IMG/VR virus record: IMGVR_UViG_3300014204_000015
Coordinates: 9,386-73,385 of that record
Direction: 5' to 3' (one strand)
DNA length: 64,000 nucleotides
From: a virus
Taxonomy: Duplodnaviria > Caudoviricetes
The notes under the pieces are model-generated. The model was not told the origin of the DNA. It saw only the letters and a program-made list of their open reading frames with translations, and did no database searches. The position numbers and the translations under genes were made by a program. The stretch's first letter is position 1. Every line of letters begins with the position of its first letter. Of this stretch, positions 55,180 to 64,000 are shown piece by piece.

Positions 55180-55534
55180 CGATGATTTCCTTTAGGTACT
55201 TCTCGGCTTGTTCTATCTTACCGCTAATGACTCGATTCGCCCAGGCGTGTATTTGGTTAAGTCTTTCCCGACGTTCTGGGCATTTACACGGCCTGCCTAG
55301 CCACTTTGATACTCGTTCTTCAGTTATACCAACTAAGGTTAATGCTTGAGAGATTCTATCGCCTAGTAACTTAGGTTTGGGGTTATCTGGGGCTATAGGA
55401 CTTCCCACGCCAGGACAAGGACGTATGGGAGGGGTTTTGTAAATACGAGCCTTTGGAGTAGGTACACCGCATTGTGAACAAACCCATACCCCCTCTGTGA
55501 CTTGCTTATCAAATTGGCATGTCTCATTCATGGT
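55172..55534 (-). CDS. Hypothetical Cys-containing protein
   Basis: CSQCG...RPCPG...LGRPCKCPERRERLN; start placed at MNETC. Confidence 0.55.
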   Translation of the reverse strand, partial: TMNETCQFDKQVTEGVWVCSQCGVPTPKARIYKTPPIRPCPGVGSPIAPDNPKPKLLGDRISQALTLVGITEERVSKWLGRPCKCPERRERLNQIHAWANRVISGKIEQAEKYLKEIIGE

Positions 55535-56835
55535 ATGGTCCTTATTCTCAACGCTGAGCCATCCCATCCACAGGGATTAGAACCAAAGGCATAGGGAACT
55601 TCGAGCTCGGCACCATACAGAGTAACACAATCATAGTTACCAGATTGATCACCCTCACAATAGCCTTGTACAAATGTAGTGAAGGCAGCAGATGTTAGCT
55701 GAAATCTCATAGAGTATACACCGTAGTACAAAATGATACCCTGCCAGGTATCAATCACAGCTATGCGAGAGGGGCCTGAGTTACAATTAGGAGCTGTTCG
55801 TACAAGGTTCCCAGTGATGTACCCCATTGGACAAGCAGGATCGCTCACAGGAACCAAAAAGGTTTGCTCAACTCCGGGCCCCCCTGAAGTATAGCCATCT
55901 GGAATAGTCACTTCCCAATAAGACGGAGAAGCCCCATCCTTGCAGTTGCAAGCAGGAGGAGCATCGCAATTCGCGGTGTCTCCACAGGGGTAGCAATTAG
56001 GACCAAAAGCGACTGTAGCTGTTGAGACGGAGAAATCACATTTGTCCTCAGTGCCTCCAGAAGCATAAGCGAGAACCGCCGATGTGGCTCCCGCTTCTAC
56101 TGTACCTGTCCAAGAAACTGTTCCACTATAGACGCCTCCCTCGAAGCATTTAATGCTGGCAGTTATGTTGCCCCCAGAGCATCCATAGGACCCTTGTTGA
56201 AAACTAACACTAGCTACATTCCACCCCCTAGTAAGACCTACGCTTTCGCATTTGTCATATAGATTCCCGGTTTTACATAGGGTTCCCGTGTATCCAGCTC
56301 CTCCAGCATACCCTAGAGAAAATGTACTGTTAATATTTTCACAAGCAGCACATCCACAAAGATTTGTGACCCCTGCGATTGTTAGTTGTACGCATTCAGG
56401 TCCTTGGGAGCAGCATGCAAGGTATGTTGGGTAAAGGGTGTATGCTCCAACGGTTATGGGAGAGCAGCAATCAGGAGCTTCACCAAGTCCTTCAGAGAAT
56501 TCTTCTCCACAGATGGAAAGGAGCATATGAGATTCATGGATCTCAAAATAGATCTCCCCTTCAACGACGGTGCCGGTACCTAGGCCAACTTCATCGTGAT
56601 CACAATCGCAATAAGGAGTAGACCACCGGCAAATGTTTTCATAAGAACCTGTTCCAGTTCCTGCCGCTTCTTGAGATAGGTATTTCCATTCGCCTGCAAT
56701 TTGAACTGCCCAGCAACAAGGAGCATTAGGCCCTAAGTCTTCTTTAGGGGCGCAATTATCACAGTAGCAGTTGCAGTGGTTTTCTTCAGTTCCCCCTAAG
56801 CAGTCACAGCAAAATCCCATAGTGACATCGCCCAT
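55528..56835 (-). CDS. Cys-rich putative virion/tail-tip protein
   Basis: 435 aa with many Cys (CCDC, CNCYCDNC, CCSP, CGCAAC); downstream of tail genes. Confidence 0.55.
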   Translation of the reverse strand: MGDVTMGFCCDCLGGTEENHCNCYCDNCAPKEDLGPNAPCCWAVQIAGEWKYLSQEAAGTGTGSYENICRWSTPYCDCDHDEVGLGTGTVVEGEIYFEIHESHMLLSICGEEFSEGLGEAPDCCSPITVGAYTLYPTYLACCSQGPECVQLTIAGVTNLCGCAACENINSTFSLGYAGGAGYTGTLCKTGNLYDKCESVGLTRGWNVASVSFQQGSYGCSGGNITASIKCFEGGVYSGTVSWTGTVEAGATSAVLAYASGGTEDKCDFSVSTATVAFGPNCYPCGDTANCDAPPACNCKDGASPSYWEVTIPDGYTSGGPGVEQTFLVPVSDPACPMGYITGNLVRTAPNCNSGPSRIAVIDTWQGIILYYGVYSMRFQLTSAAFTTFVQGYCEGDQSGNYDCVTLYGAELEVPYAFGSNPCGWDGSALRIRTIP

Positions 56836-56838
56836 AAT

Positions 56839-57441
56839 TTAGCTCCCTGTCCCTGTTCCAACTACGGCTGTTGGACACTCAAGGATAGAAATGATTTCCC
56901 ACCCGTGCTGAGTACACGCTATGTAACACCCTACCCCCAAGGCATACTCATAGCCGCTTTCTGGTAGCTTTCTCAGTATACAAGAATAAACCCTATCCCC
57001 CACGTTTACATCACAAGGCGAGGTAGAGGTTCCGTATCGGAAAGTACCGTAGAGAACCCCCGCCAGGCGAATAGGTATCCAATACCCAGCCTTGTTCCTA
57101 ACCATCAAGGTATACTCTAGTGGTATTTGATTCGGGGATACGTTATAGGTGTTTTGATCCGTTTCATTGGGCCGTAGAATCCCATCATCGGTGAGGGAAT
57201 AAATAGTGCTTCTGCCTGTGCCCGCCGTATCATAAGTGCCCTCTGAGTCTCCTCCAGCTTCTCCTGAGTAGTCTACCGGGTTAATGACTGCTTGAGGCAA
57301 CCCAATGTAGACTTCGGGAGCCTGGTGGTCATCGGGGGCTACTGGCGACCGTCCCGGAAGGTTACCTAACATCCCTCGATGTAGGTCAAGCAGCCTCTGG
57401 AGGATAGCTACTTCAACTTCAGTAAGGGCGTAAAGAGCCAT
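56839..57441 (-). CDS. Putative tail-associated protein
   Basis: 200 aa in the tail operon. Confidence 0.5.
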   Translation of the reverse strand: MALYALTEVEVAILQRLLDLHRGMLGNLPGRSPVAPDDHQAPEVYIGLPQAVINPVDYSGEAGGDSEGTYDTAGTGRSTIYSLTDDGILRPNETDQNTYNVSPNQIPLEYTLMVRNKAGYWIPIRLAGVLYGTFRYGTSTSPCDVNVGDRVYSCILRKLPESGYEYALGVGCYIACTQHGWEIISILECPTAVVGTGTGS

Positions 57442-57444
57442 GGG

Positions 57445-57834
57445 CTACTCCGGGAGGGCGTAGATGGTGTAGGCTGCTCTCTCAAAACTGCTACGGATCA
57501 GCAGCCTGTCGTACAGGTTTACCATGAATCGAAAGGGCTCTCCCGGGGGAACGAAGAACCGTATGTCAGATATCTCCCCGGTCTTTGAGGTGAATCCAAT
57601 CTCCAGGGTATTAACCTTATCGTTGTTTCGGATGACTACCATGGATGGGTTTTCTACCCAACCTAGATTGAGCTTCTCCCAATCCCCGATACCGTTGGGA
57701 GGAGTCCTGGAGTAGACCTGCTCCGGGCTCTTTACCTCCCGCGAGAATCCGCTAGAAATGGCCGTAGGGTTCTGGCCAGACACTTGGTGGTATATTTGTT
57801 CAACCACCGTTATCCGATTGCGAGTATTAGGCAT
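57445..57834 (-). CDS. Putative tail-associated protein
   Basis: 129 aa in the tail operon; RBS TAGGAGCGA. Confidence 0.5.
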   Translation of the reverse strand: MPNTRNRITVVEQIYHQVSGQNPTAISSGFSREVKSPEQVYSRTPPNGIGDWEKLNLGWVENPSMVVIRNNDKVNTLEIGFTSKTGEISDIRFFVPPGEPFRFMVNLYDRLLIRSSFERAAYTIYALPE

Positions 57835-57864
57835 CGTGTCGCTCCTATGCCTAAGGGGTTCAGA

Positions 57865-58902
57865 CTACGTACCGTAGTCAATCGTGGTAGGTATTCCGAG
57901 GGCCGTGAAATCGACCTCATGGTAGTATTCAACGTGGATCTGCCCGGCTGAATCCGTGCTATCGGTACCTGTACCAGCTACGTTTGTACCTGTACCTAGA
58001 GACACTACCGAATCCGCAGGCATTCCCTTACCATCAAGGATAACTCGCACATTTTCATCATTGATGTCTTTGTAGCGGATAAAATGCTTGGGGTTGTTTT
58101 TGTCTGGAGAAGAACCCCCAATATTTCGGAGGGTCCATACACCACTTACCCATTGGCCGCTTAGTACCTTTGTGCCTTCATCCAGAAGGTCTCTGTCCCA
58201 GAGGTCATCCGAGTTGTTACGGATATCGAAAATGAATGTTCGCTTGTAGTAGTAATTACACACCCCATACCATAGCTCTTCCCATGAGAAGTCTGACAGC
58301 TTGATTCTACGGGCAGCGAGTCCCCAGAGGACATCATCGTTGAGTTTGTTACGCATTGAGGTACAAAGGTCCAACTCTAGGGTAGACACATTCTGCTCGA
58401 TGACTACCTGATCTCGGCCTCCGTCGAATTCCACCTGAGGGCCCCGAATCATCTCATGACTACTCGTCATGATGGGATTACCGTAGCGGTCCTTAAAGGC
58501 TTCGATGGTGTAGCGCACGGAAGAACCGCGAACCTTCTGGGGCTCCAATAGCGGATTCTCGATGTTGGTGGTAGAACACCGCTTAGTGGGTTTACTAGAG
58601 AAGGTGTATTCCAACTTCCATATGGCTGTTGCTTCCCCCTCCTTTTGACCGAATGGACGAACACTCAAGTTAGGCTTACAAAGAGCCCATTCATCGGAGT
58701 CATTCCCGTAAGTCCAGCCATCACCTATCGCGGGAAGTCCCGAAGCCCCGGAGACAGCCTCAGGGCCATCTCCCGCGTAGGCAGCTCCTGTCCAACGGTA
58801 GGGGTCCGTGGACTGTACCTTGAATACGATATGGTATTCCCGATAGCCCTCTTCGTCCCGAGTAGCCCACCAATCGCAAGGCCCTAGATTCTGTATTGTC
58901 AT
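57865..58902 (-). CDS. Putative distal tail/minor tail protein
   Basis: 345 aa immediately after the tape measure gene. Confidence 0.55.
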   Translation of the reverse strand: MTIQNLGPCDWWATRDEEGYREYHIVFKVQSTDPYRWTGAAYAGDGPEAVSGASGLPAIGDGWTYGNDSDEWALCKPNLSVRPFGQKEGEATAIWKLEYTFSSKPTKRCSTTNIENPLLEPQKVRGSSVRYTIEAFKDRYGNPIMTSSHEMIRGPQVEFDGGRDQVVIEQNVSTLELDLCTSMRNKLNDDVLWGLAARRIKLSDFSWEELWYGVCNYYYKRTFIFDIRNNSDDLWDRDLLDEGTKVLSGQWVSGVWTLRNIGGSSPDKNNPKHFIRYKDINDENVRVILDGKGMPADSVVSLGTGTNVAGTGTDSTDSAGQIHVEYYHEVDFTALGIPTTIDYGT

Positions 58903-61130
58903 CCTATTAACCTTATGGGGGTGATTACGGAACCGCTCTGGTACATGTCCCTGAGAATGTCGCGGGTTTCTTCAACGGCATTGGCCGTACGGGATTCAGG
59001 AGTGTCTCCTGCCGTGGATCGGAAGGCGAGAATACGGGCCTGAGCTTCAGCACTACCGCTAGAGGCTCCCTGGATACCTTCGACCTTCGTAGCAGTCAAA
59101 GTGACCTTAGGCACCGTGATTTTGGGGATGTCTAGAGGACCACCTGCCGTAGGTGCTGCGGTACCTTCGGGGCCCGTGATTGGTACTCCTGATTTCTTGG
59201 CTTCAGTGACTAGCTTATCCCGCTCGTCTTGCATGGCCTTTATCTCGGCCTGGATATCATTCATAGACTTCGCTGTCTCATCCTCCACCATCCCCTTCAT
59301 CAGTTGGCTAGTAGTTTCAAGAACCCCTAATTGAGCCGACATGTCTTCTCCAGTAAGCCAACTCTGCATCTTGAGTAGCAGACCACCGCCCGTCTTGCCA
59401 ATATCTATGATGGAGTTTTCAAACCAACCCTTAAAGCCTTGCCAGGCTTCTTTCAGAGGGGCGATACCTTGAACCCAACCTAGTTCAATTTGGGCCCATA
59501 GTATTTTCACCGCTAGGGTAAGGTCGTTGGCTTGGAGGGCTACTTTGATACCGTCAATAGCCGGTTGAATCCATTGGAGAAGGGAAGCCCATTGCTCACC
59601 AAACCACTTGACTACTTTACCCCAGACATCGAAGTAGTAAATGGCGTAAACTCCTAGGGCTACGATAGCCGCAGTAAGCAAAACCACCGGGGAAAACATA
59701 GCCGCTAGGATAGAAATAACTGATCCAATAACGGTTCCAATAGCCGTTACGATACCAGTGATCAAAGTCATAGGAGCTAGCAATGCCCCAACCGCCCCGA
59801 TTACGGTAGCCACAACGGAAATGATAGTGGTTATGACCCCTACCACAACCGAGAATATTGCCCCGATACCCGAAATGAAGCCACCAGCCATTACTAGAAC
59901 GGGGCCTATCATAGCTGCGATAGCTGCTAGGTACACAATGAACTTCTTGACTCCTGTAGATAGCTTATCCCAGAACCCCATAAAGATACCTGACCAGCTT
60001 ACCATCTTAGTCATAATAGGGGCTAAAATATCCCCCAGCTTAAGCAGTTGAACCTTCATCAAGGCTAGGGCTTGGTTCATCTTGAACCCAGGAGTATTCT
60101 CGACGGCCTTGAAGGCCGCGTCTACTGACCCAGCGGAGTTGGTAACGTCCATCATATCCTTGGCGGCAGAGGCGGCATTTACTCCCGTCATCTGGAGTAG
60201 AGCATTTAGCCCCTCGATGTCAGAGAACATCTCAGTAACTGGAACCCCGGCTTGCTCAAAGCCGGTCTTGATCCACATAAGAGTCTCGTGAAGTCCCTTC
60301 TCCTTGATGCTGGATCGTATCCCCTCCGTACTGAAACCTAGTTCCTTGAGCTTGGCGTTTTCTTTGAATAGCTTCTGAACGGCTTCTGTTGGGCGGATGA
60401 GCTGGGTCAAAATACCTCGAAGACCAGTAGCCGCTAGAGAGGCTGAGCCTGTAGCCTTGGTGAGAAAGGCGATACCGCCTGCCGCATCACCGAAAGTAAC
60501 GCCCAATTCATTGGCTAGGGGTAAAACTTGCCCCATTACGGGGGCGAAGGTAGAGGCCTCAGCTTTACCCACGCGCACCGCAGCGGTAAGGGTATCGACG
60601 GCCTCCGTAGCACTGAGGTTAGCAAAGCCATAAGCACTCATAGCGGAGGTAGCTGCGTCAGCCACAGACTTGGTATCTCCCAAACCCGCCGCAGCTGCTT
60701 TAGCCGATATCTGGAGAGTCTCAATAGCATCTGACTGGGTGATACCGCCTAGTGAGGTGATAGTTTTCATGGCGTCGGCTAACTCTACAGGGCCTTTACC
60801 TACCTTGCCTGCCAAGTCCATAACGAATTTATCATAGACCTTGACTTGATCAGCGGTAGCTCCCCCTAGCCCCTGCATCTCCCCAAGAATACTAGTGTAT
60901 TTTGTCATCTCACGCGTAGCCAATCCCCCAATAAGCGTTAGAGGGGCAGTGATAGACAAGGACATTGTACGGCCCAAGCTGGTGAACTTAGAGCCGATAG
61001 CTGTTAGGTGCTTAGATACACTAGAAGCAAAATCACTAGTGCTCTTTGCGGCGGTGCGGAGAGCCTGCTCATAGTGAGAGGCGTTTCCCATGAGACGGAT
61101 TACCATGCGTTCGATTTCAGCTTCAGCCAT
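58899..61130 (-). CDS. Tail tape measure protein (TP901-like)
   Basis: GRTMSLSITAPLTLIGG, helical Ala-rich repeats, hydrophobic mid-region; start placed at MAEAEIERM. Confidence 0.9.
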   Translation of the reverse strand: MAEAEIERMVIRLMGNASHYEQALRTAAKSTSDFASSVSKHLTAIGSKFTSLGRTMSLSITAPLTLIGGLATREMTKYTSILGEMQGLGGATADQVKVYDKFVMDLAGKVGKGPVELADAMKTITSLGGITQSDAIETLQISAKAAAAGLGDTKSVADAATSAMSAYGFANLSATEAVDTLTAAVRVGKAEASTFAPVMGQVLPLANELGVTFGDAAGGIAFLTKATGSASLAATGLRGILTQLIRPTEAVQKLFKENAKLKELGFSTEGIRSSIKEKGLHETLMWIKTGFEQAGVPVTEMFSDIEGLNALLQMTGVNAASAAKDMMDVTNSAGSVDAAFKAVENTPGFKMNQALALMKVQLLKLGDILAPIMTKMVSWSGIFMGFWDKLSTGVKKFIVYLAAIAAMIGPVLVMAGGFISGIGAIFSVVVGVITTIISVVATVIGAVGALLAPMTLITGIVTAIGTVIGSVISILAAMFSPVVLLTAAIVALGVYAIYYFDVWGKVVKWFGEQWASLLQWIQPAIDGIKVALQANDLTLAVKILWAQIELGWVQGIAPLKEAWQGFKGWFENSIIDIGKTGGGLLLKMQSWLTGEDMSAQLGVLETTSQLMKGMVEDETAKSMNDIQAEIKAMQDERDKLVTEAKKSGVPITGPEGTAAPTAGGPLDIPKITVPKVTLTATKVEGIQGASSGSAEAQARILAFRSTAGDTPESRTANAVEETRDILRDMYQSGSVITPIRLIG

Positions 61131-61395
61131 GATTCCGTCTCCTGGAGGGTAGCCCGGCTCGGGTGCGCCAACGGGCCTTGTCAGCTTCAACTCGCTGCTC
61201 TAAAGACTTCTCAGCGTCTTGGGGGCTCTTGAACTTCAACTTGAAATCCCCGGGTTGCCAAGACTTCTTCGACATGATATGAGATACGTAGCCCGTGAGT
61301 TGCATCAGGTAGTGGTCTGTACGGCTAGGGTGATCTAACTCCTGATCTAAGTAAGCAACCCACGTTCGATACTCCCGATTAGTCATCCTAGCCAT
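61123..61395 (-). CDS. Tail assembly chaperone, T (frameshift) portion
   Basis: In frame with the -1 frame following the slippery site of the upstream gene. Confidence 0.75.
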   Translation of the reverse strand: MARMTNREYRTWVAYLDQELDHPSRTDHYLMQLTGYVSHIMSKKSWQPGDFKLKFKSPQDAEKSLEQRVEADKARWRTRAGLPSRRRNHG

Positions 61396-61433
61396 GAACT
61401 CTTGGAGAGTACAATTCAGCCCTAGCCGCTCGG

Positions 61434-61889
61434 CTATTCGGAGCCAGTTGCGGAGGGCTCTTGCTCGTTTTTTGAGGCATCCTCTTCCATCTTGGCGATT
61501 TGCTCATTGAGCTTATCGCGTTGCTTCTTCAAGTCCTCAAGGCTACCGTCCTGGTCAATCTCGCTGATCTCGCGGGCCTTGTCATAGATGCGTCGGATGA
61601 CTCGCTCAGGCCAGTTACGGACCATGGCCACGGGCACCGATTTGGTAGCCACTTCCCCGGTATCGTAGACCTCAAAGAGGCAATAGGACACCAGCAAAGG
61701 CTCCAAGTCCCCTTGGCCGTCTACGGCCGACATACCGCCGTTCTGGAACCGGACGCAACGAGCCCGGGCGTTGTTGAACTTCGCTACCGCATCCCCGGAG
61801 GCTTCCCGCAACATATACTTCTTGCGGTCAGGCCCAGTGATAGGAACCTCGATGAGTTGAAGACTTCCGAAATCAAAATTCTCAAACAT
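61434..61889 (-). CDS. Tail assembly chaperone G
   Basis: Between tail tube and tape measure; start placed at MFENF after AGGAGCGAA. Confidence 0.8.
   Translation of the reverse strand: MFENFDFGSLQLIEVPITGPDRKKYMLREASGDAVAKFNNARARCVRFQNGGMSAVDGQGDLEPLLVSYCLFEVYDTGEVATKSVPVAMVRNWPERVIRRIYDKAREISEIDQDGSLEDLKKQRDKLNEQIAKMEEDASKNEQEPSATGSE
61467..61473 (-). promoter_or_regulatory. Programmed -1 frameshift slippery site
   Basis: A-AAA-AAC in phase; the -1 frame reads KRARALRNWLRIAERLGLNCTLQEFMARMTNRE without a stop. Confidence 0.8.
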
Positions 61890-61971
61890 GGTTTCGCTCC
61901 TGGAAGAAAGGTAGAAAATACCTAGCTGGGTCATCCGAGGACTCGCCAGCTAGGTACCGATGGGGGATGAA

Positions 61972-62445
61972 CTAGGTACCGGCAACCGACGTATTGGCGG
62001 GGCCTGCTTCGCCAAAAGCAGAGTCGGTATTCGTGATACCGAATTCCACGTCGGCTTCGGGCTGTTCACCGTCGGAGTGAGCTTGGGGTTGGAACTTGAT
62101 CAAGGCTCCCCAGAAGGCATCTTTGGTACCGTCGTTGTAGGTGACGGTAATTTCCTGATTGACGCCAATCTGAGCCATGAGCAATGCGCGGTTCCCCGGA
62201 TCGTAGGCTGCCCGGAACGAACCATTGGTGACCTCCGTGAGGTTACGGGGCCACTTGGTACGGTAGGTGACGTTGTGGAACGTCGTTGTGTCGATCATTT
62301 CCCCCTGATCCAAGCCGGGAGGGGTTGTTTCCTTCTCCCAGAGGGAAATGTCGGGGTCATTTCCGAAAGTGACCATCGTTGCGAAACCGTCTCGCAGCGG
62401 CAGGCCAGTAGGGGTAGAACGGGTTGTTGCAGTAGGGGCAACCAT
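61972..62445 (-). CDS. Major tail (tube) protein
   Basis: TPPGLDQGEMIDTTT...AAYDP...ITVTYNDGTKDAFWG. Confidence 0.8.
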   Translation of the reverse strand: MVAPTATTRSTPTGLPLRDGFATMVTFGNDPDISLWEKETTPPGLDQGEMIDTTTFHNVTYRTKWPRNLTEVTNGSFRAAYDPGNRALLMAQIGVNQEITVTYNDGTKDAFWGALIKFQPQAHSDGEQPEADVEFGITNTDSAFGEAGPANTSVAGT

Positions 62446-62462
62446 AGTAGATCCTCCGTCGG

Positions 62463-62915
62463 TTAGGGAATTTGTCTGAGTGTCGCCATGAAGTTTAGAG
62501 ACACTAGCTTGCGTTCACTGTCAGGGTCGTTGAGTGGTAGGGGGCCGCTCTTCAAACTCACGTTGTACACCACGTAGCCTACGCTGGAGGTGCCATACTC
62601 TGCCGGATCGGTTACAGCCACGGCCGTAAGATGCACAGCACTCAGGGCACTCTTAATCGCACTTGATTTACTCCAGGAGGCCTGGAAGTTGGATGATCGG
62701 ACGATTATCTGGATGCCCGGGTTGTCTTGGTACTCTCCCCCAACCGAGAACCGGCCCCGAGACATCCCCGCCGTATCGATCACCGCGATACACGCATCCG
62801 GGGTATCCGGCAGCACCGTAGCGTAGGCTGGCCAGGCTTCCCCGTCGGCTCCCGCTAGGGCTAGGTCGATGAGAAGCTGCCGTAGAATCTGGCTAGGGCT
62901 GTGTTCTAGGCTCAT
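62463..62915 (-). CDS. Tail terminator/completion protein
   Basis: PDTPDACIAVIDT...PGIQIIVRS...SLNF; directly upstream of the tail tube gene. Confidence 0.7.
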   Translation of the reverse strand: MSLEHSPSQILRQLLIDLALAGADGEAWPAYATVLPDTPDACIAVIDTAGMSRGRFSVGGEYQDNPGIQIIVRSSNFQASWSKSSAIKSALSAVHLTAVAVTDPAEYGTSSVGYVVYNVSLKSGPLPLNDPDSERKLVSLNFMATLRQIP

Positions 62916-63313
62916 AACGGTTCCTTGCGGGTAAAGGCACTCGCCTTTAGGTTCCCGGTGTCTACAGGTACTAACTGCATGCTTAGGCGTTGAAGGTATA
63001 GCCCGGCCGTAAGTAGCCCCGCTTCAAGGGAGCCCGTGGCTTGAGCGTTCACTAGGATCAGTCTCTTGATTTCCTCGATGTTGTCGCGGAATGGTTGCTC
63101 TAGGTACTTGTTCTGCGCCCGTCCTTGGGGGTCCCAGTAGAAGCCTTTATGGGGCCTCTTCCGGGGCAGGCCTTTGAGTTTCATCGGGGCCTCATGAACC
63201 CAGAGAGCGTAACGGGCCGTGTAGCCGACAATGACGCTGACGTTATTCTTTTGGCGGGAGGTAGCCTCCAACTGTTTGAGTTTCGCAGCTACCTGCTCCG
63301 CACGTTCGATCAT
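62912..63313 (-). CDS. HK97 gp10-like head-tail joining protein
   Basis: YTARYALWVHE...KYLEQP...VPVDTGNLKASA. Confidence 0.75.
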   Translation of the reverse strand: MIERAEQVAAKLKQLEATSRQKNNVSVIVGYTARYALWVHEAPMKLKGLPRKRPHKGFYWDPQGRAQNKYLEQPFRDNIEEIKRLILVNAQATGSLEAGLLTAGLYLQRLSMQLVPVDTGNLKASAFTRKEPL

Positions 63314-63747
63314 TGGACCACCAAGTAGGTTCCCATCACGTTGACATCTTCCCCGACGGTGAGGTTGATAGTAAAGTCTTCTCCCGCCGTCGTGAGGAAA
63401 TGCCCTCCTGGGAATCCTGGAAGGGATATCCCCGAGTAGCCGTTAATGCTCGTCTGGTCGATAGCCTTTGGTGTCGCGGCAGAGTACCACAGTTCAGCAG
63501 CCCCACTGCTTAGGTAGAAAGTCTCCTCCGTATCACTACAAGACGTAATGGTGATGCTCGTGATGAGGTACTGTTGACCGGCTACTCCCGCGAGGATCTC
63601 ATTTGCCCCAATCGTTGTTGCGGTGACGTTGAAGCGTTCGACGGTTCCGGTAACCGGCTTTAGGGCAGCCGCAGAGCACACCACCGTTACAGTAATCAGA
63701 GCGGTGGCGACTGTCGTCAGTAGTAGTTTCTTGGTAAAGTCTTTCAT
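63310..63747 (-). CDS. Hypothetical protein with hydrophobic N-terminus
   Basis: 145 aa; RBS AAGGAG. Confidence 0.55.
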   Translation of the reverse strand: MKDFTKKLLLTTVATALITVTVVCSAAALKPVTGTVERFNVTATTIGANEILAGVAGQQYLITSITITSCSDTEETFYLSSGAAELWYSAATPKAIDQTSINGYSGISLPGFPGGHFLTTAGEDFTINLTVGEDVNVMGTYLVVQ

Positions 63748-64000
63748 GTTAGTTACTCCTTATGGTTTGCTCTATTTCGTTATTGCTTCCAGCTTCATCT
63801 CCACCAGCTTGTCTTTCGTCGCCGCCTTATCGTACTGGTCTATCTTCTTCGCCTTCAGCAAAGCATCGAAGGCCTTGTAGTATTTCTCCATGCCCATCTG
63901 GTAGCCGACCGAAATCGTGCGGGCACTGGCAGAAGCAACAGGCAGATGATTGCGAGCAACAGGCGTTTCATGGCTTCTCTCACTACAGAGTCTATTGACA

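Noticed and set aside
63773-64000. Frameshifted secreted protein at the right edge (MKRLLLAIICLLLL in one frame, SASARTISVGYQMG...EAITK in another)
   Set aside because: I cannot distinguish a sequencing error, a pseudogene or a longer gene starting outside the window.
1-64000. Stop-codon reassignment, tRNA genes, integrase, lysis genes
   Set aside because: Genes are intact under the standard code; I recognised no tRNA cloverleaf, integrase or endolysin motif, though a by-eye search could miss them.

Overview
This window is most of a tailed dsDNA phage genome (long non-contractile-tail gene set), probably infecting Planctomycetota, judged from a planctomycete-type prepilin-like gene. From left to right: a head/packaging module on the minus strand (DUF2213-like head protein cut by the window edge, a 1542-aa MuF protein carrying several enzyme domains, portal, DNA methyltransferase, TerL, sigma factor, TerS); a replication, recombination and base-modification module on the minus strand (AAA+ helicase, primase, MazG, dUMP hydroxymethylase, a set matching the M6-type thymidine-hypermodification pathway, family A polymerase, SSB-like protein, AAA_24 ATPase, exonuclease, UDG, RuvC-like resolvase); an AT-rich divergent region; plus-strand early genes (ParB-like, GHKL ATPase, intein-bearing UvrD helicase, prepilin-like); then a glycosyltransferase/radical SAM cluster and the tail module on the minus strand. 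Three signals stand out. (1) Ten stem-loop units of the form stem-YGA-9 nt-TGTAACCGA-9 nt-TG-stem surround a nuclease-less Nop/IS110-like protein, i.e. a TIGR-Tas-like RNA-guided system nested inside the hypermodification operon. (2) An intein splits the radical SAM CxxxCxxC motif and contains a PD-(D/E)XK endonuclease gene, with its own RBS, in a different reading frame. (3) The thymidine-hypermodification pathway has an extra SAM methyltransferase that could make an undescribed base. All family assignments come from motif recognition by eye; no database search was run.
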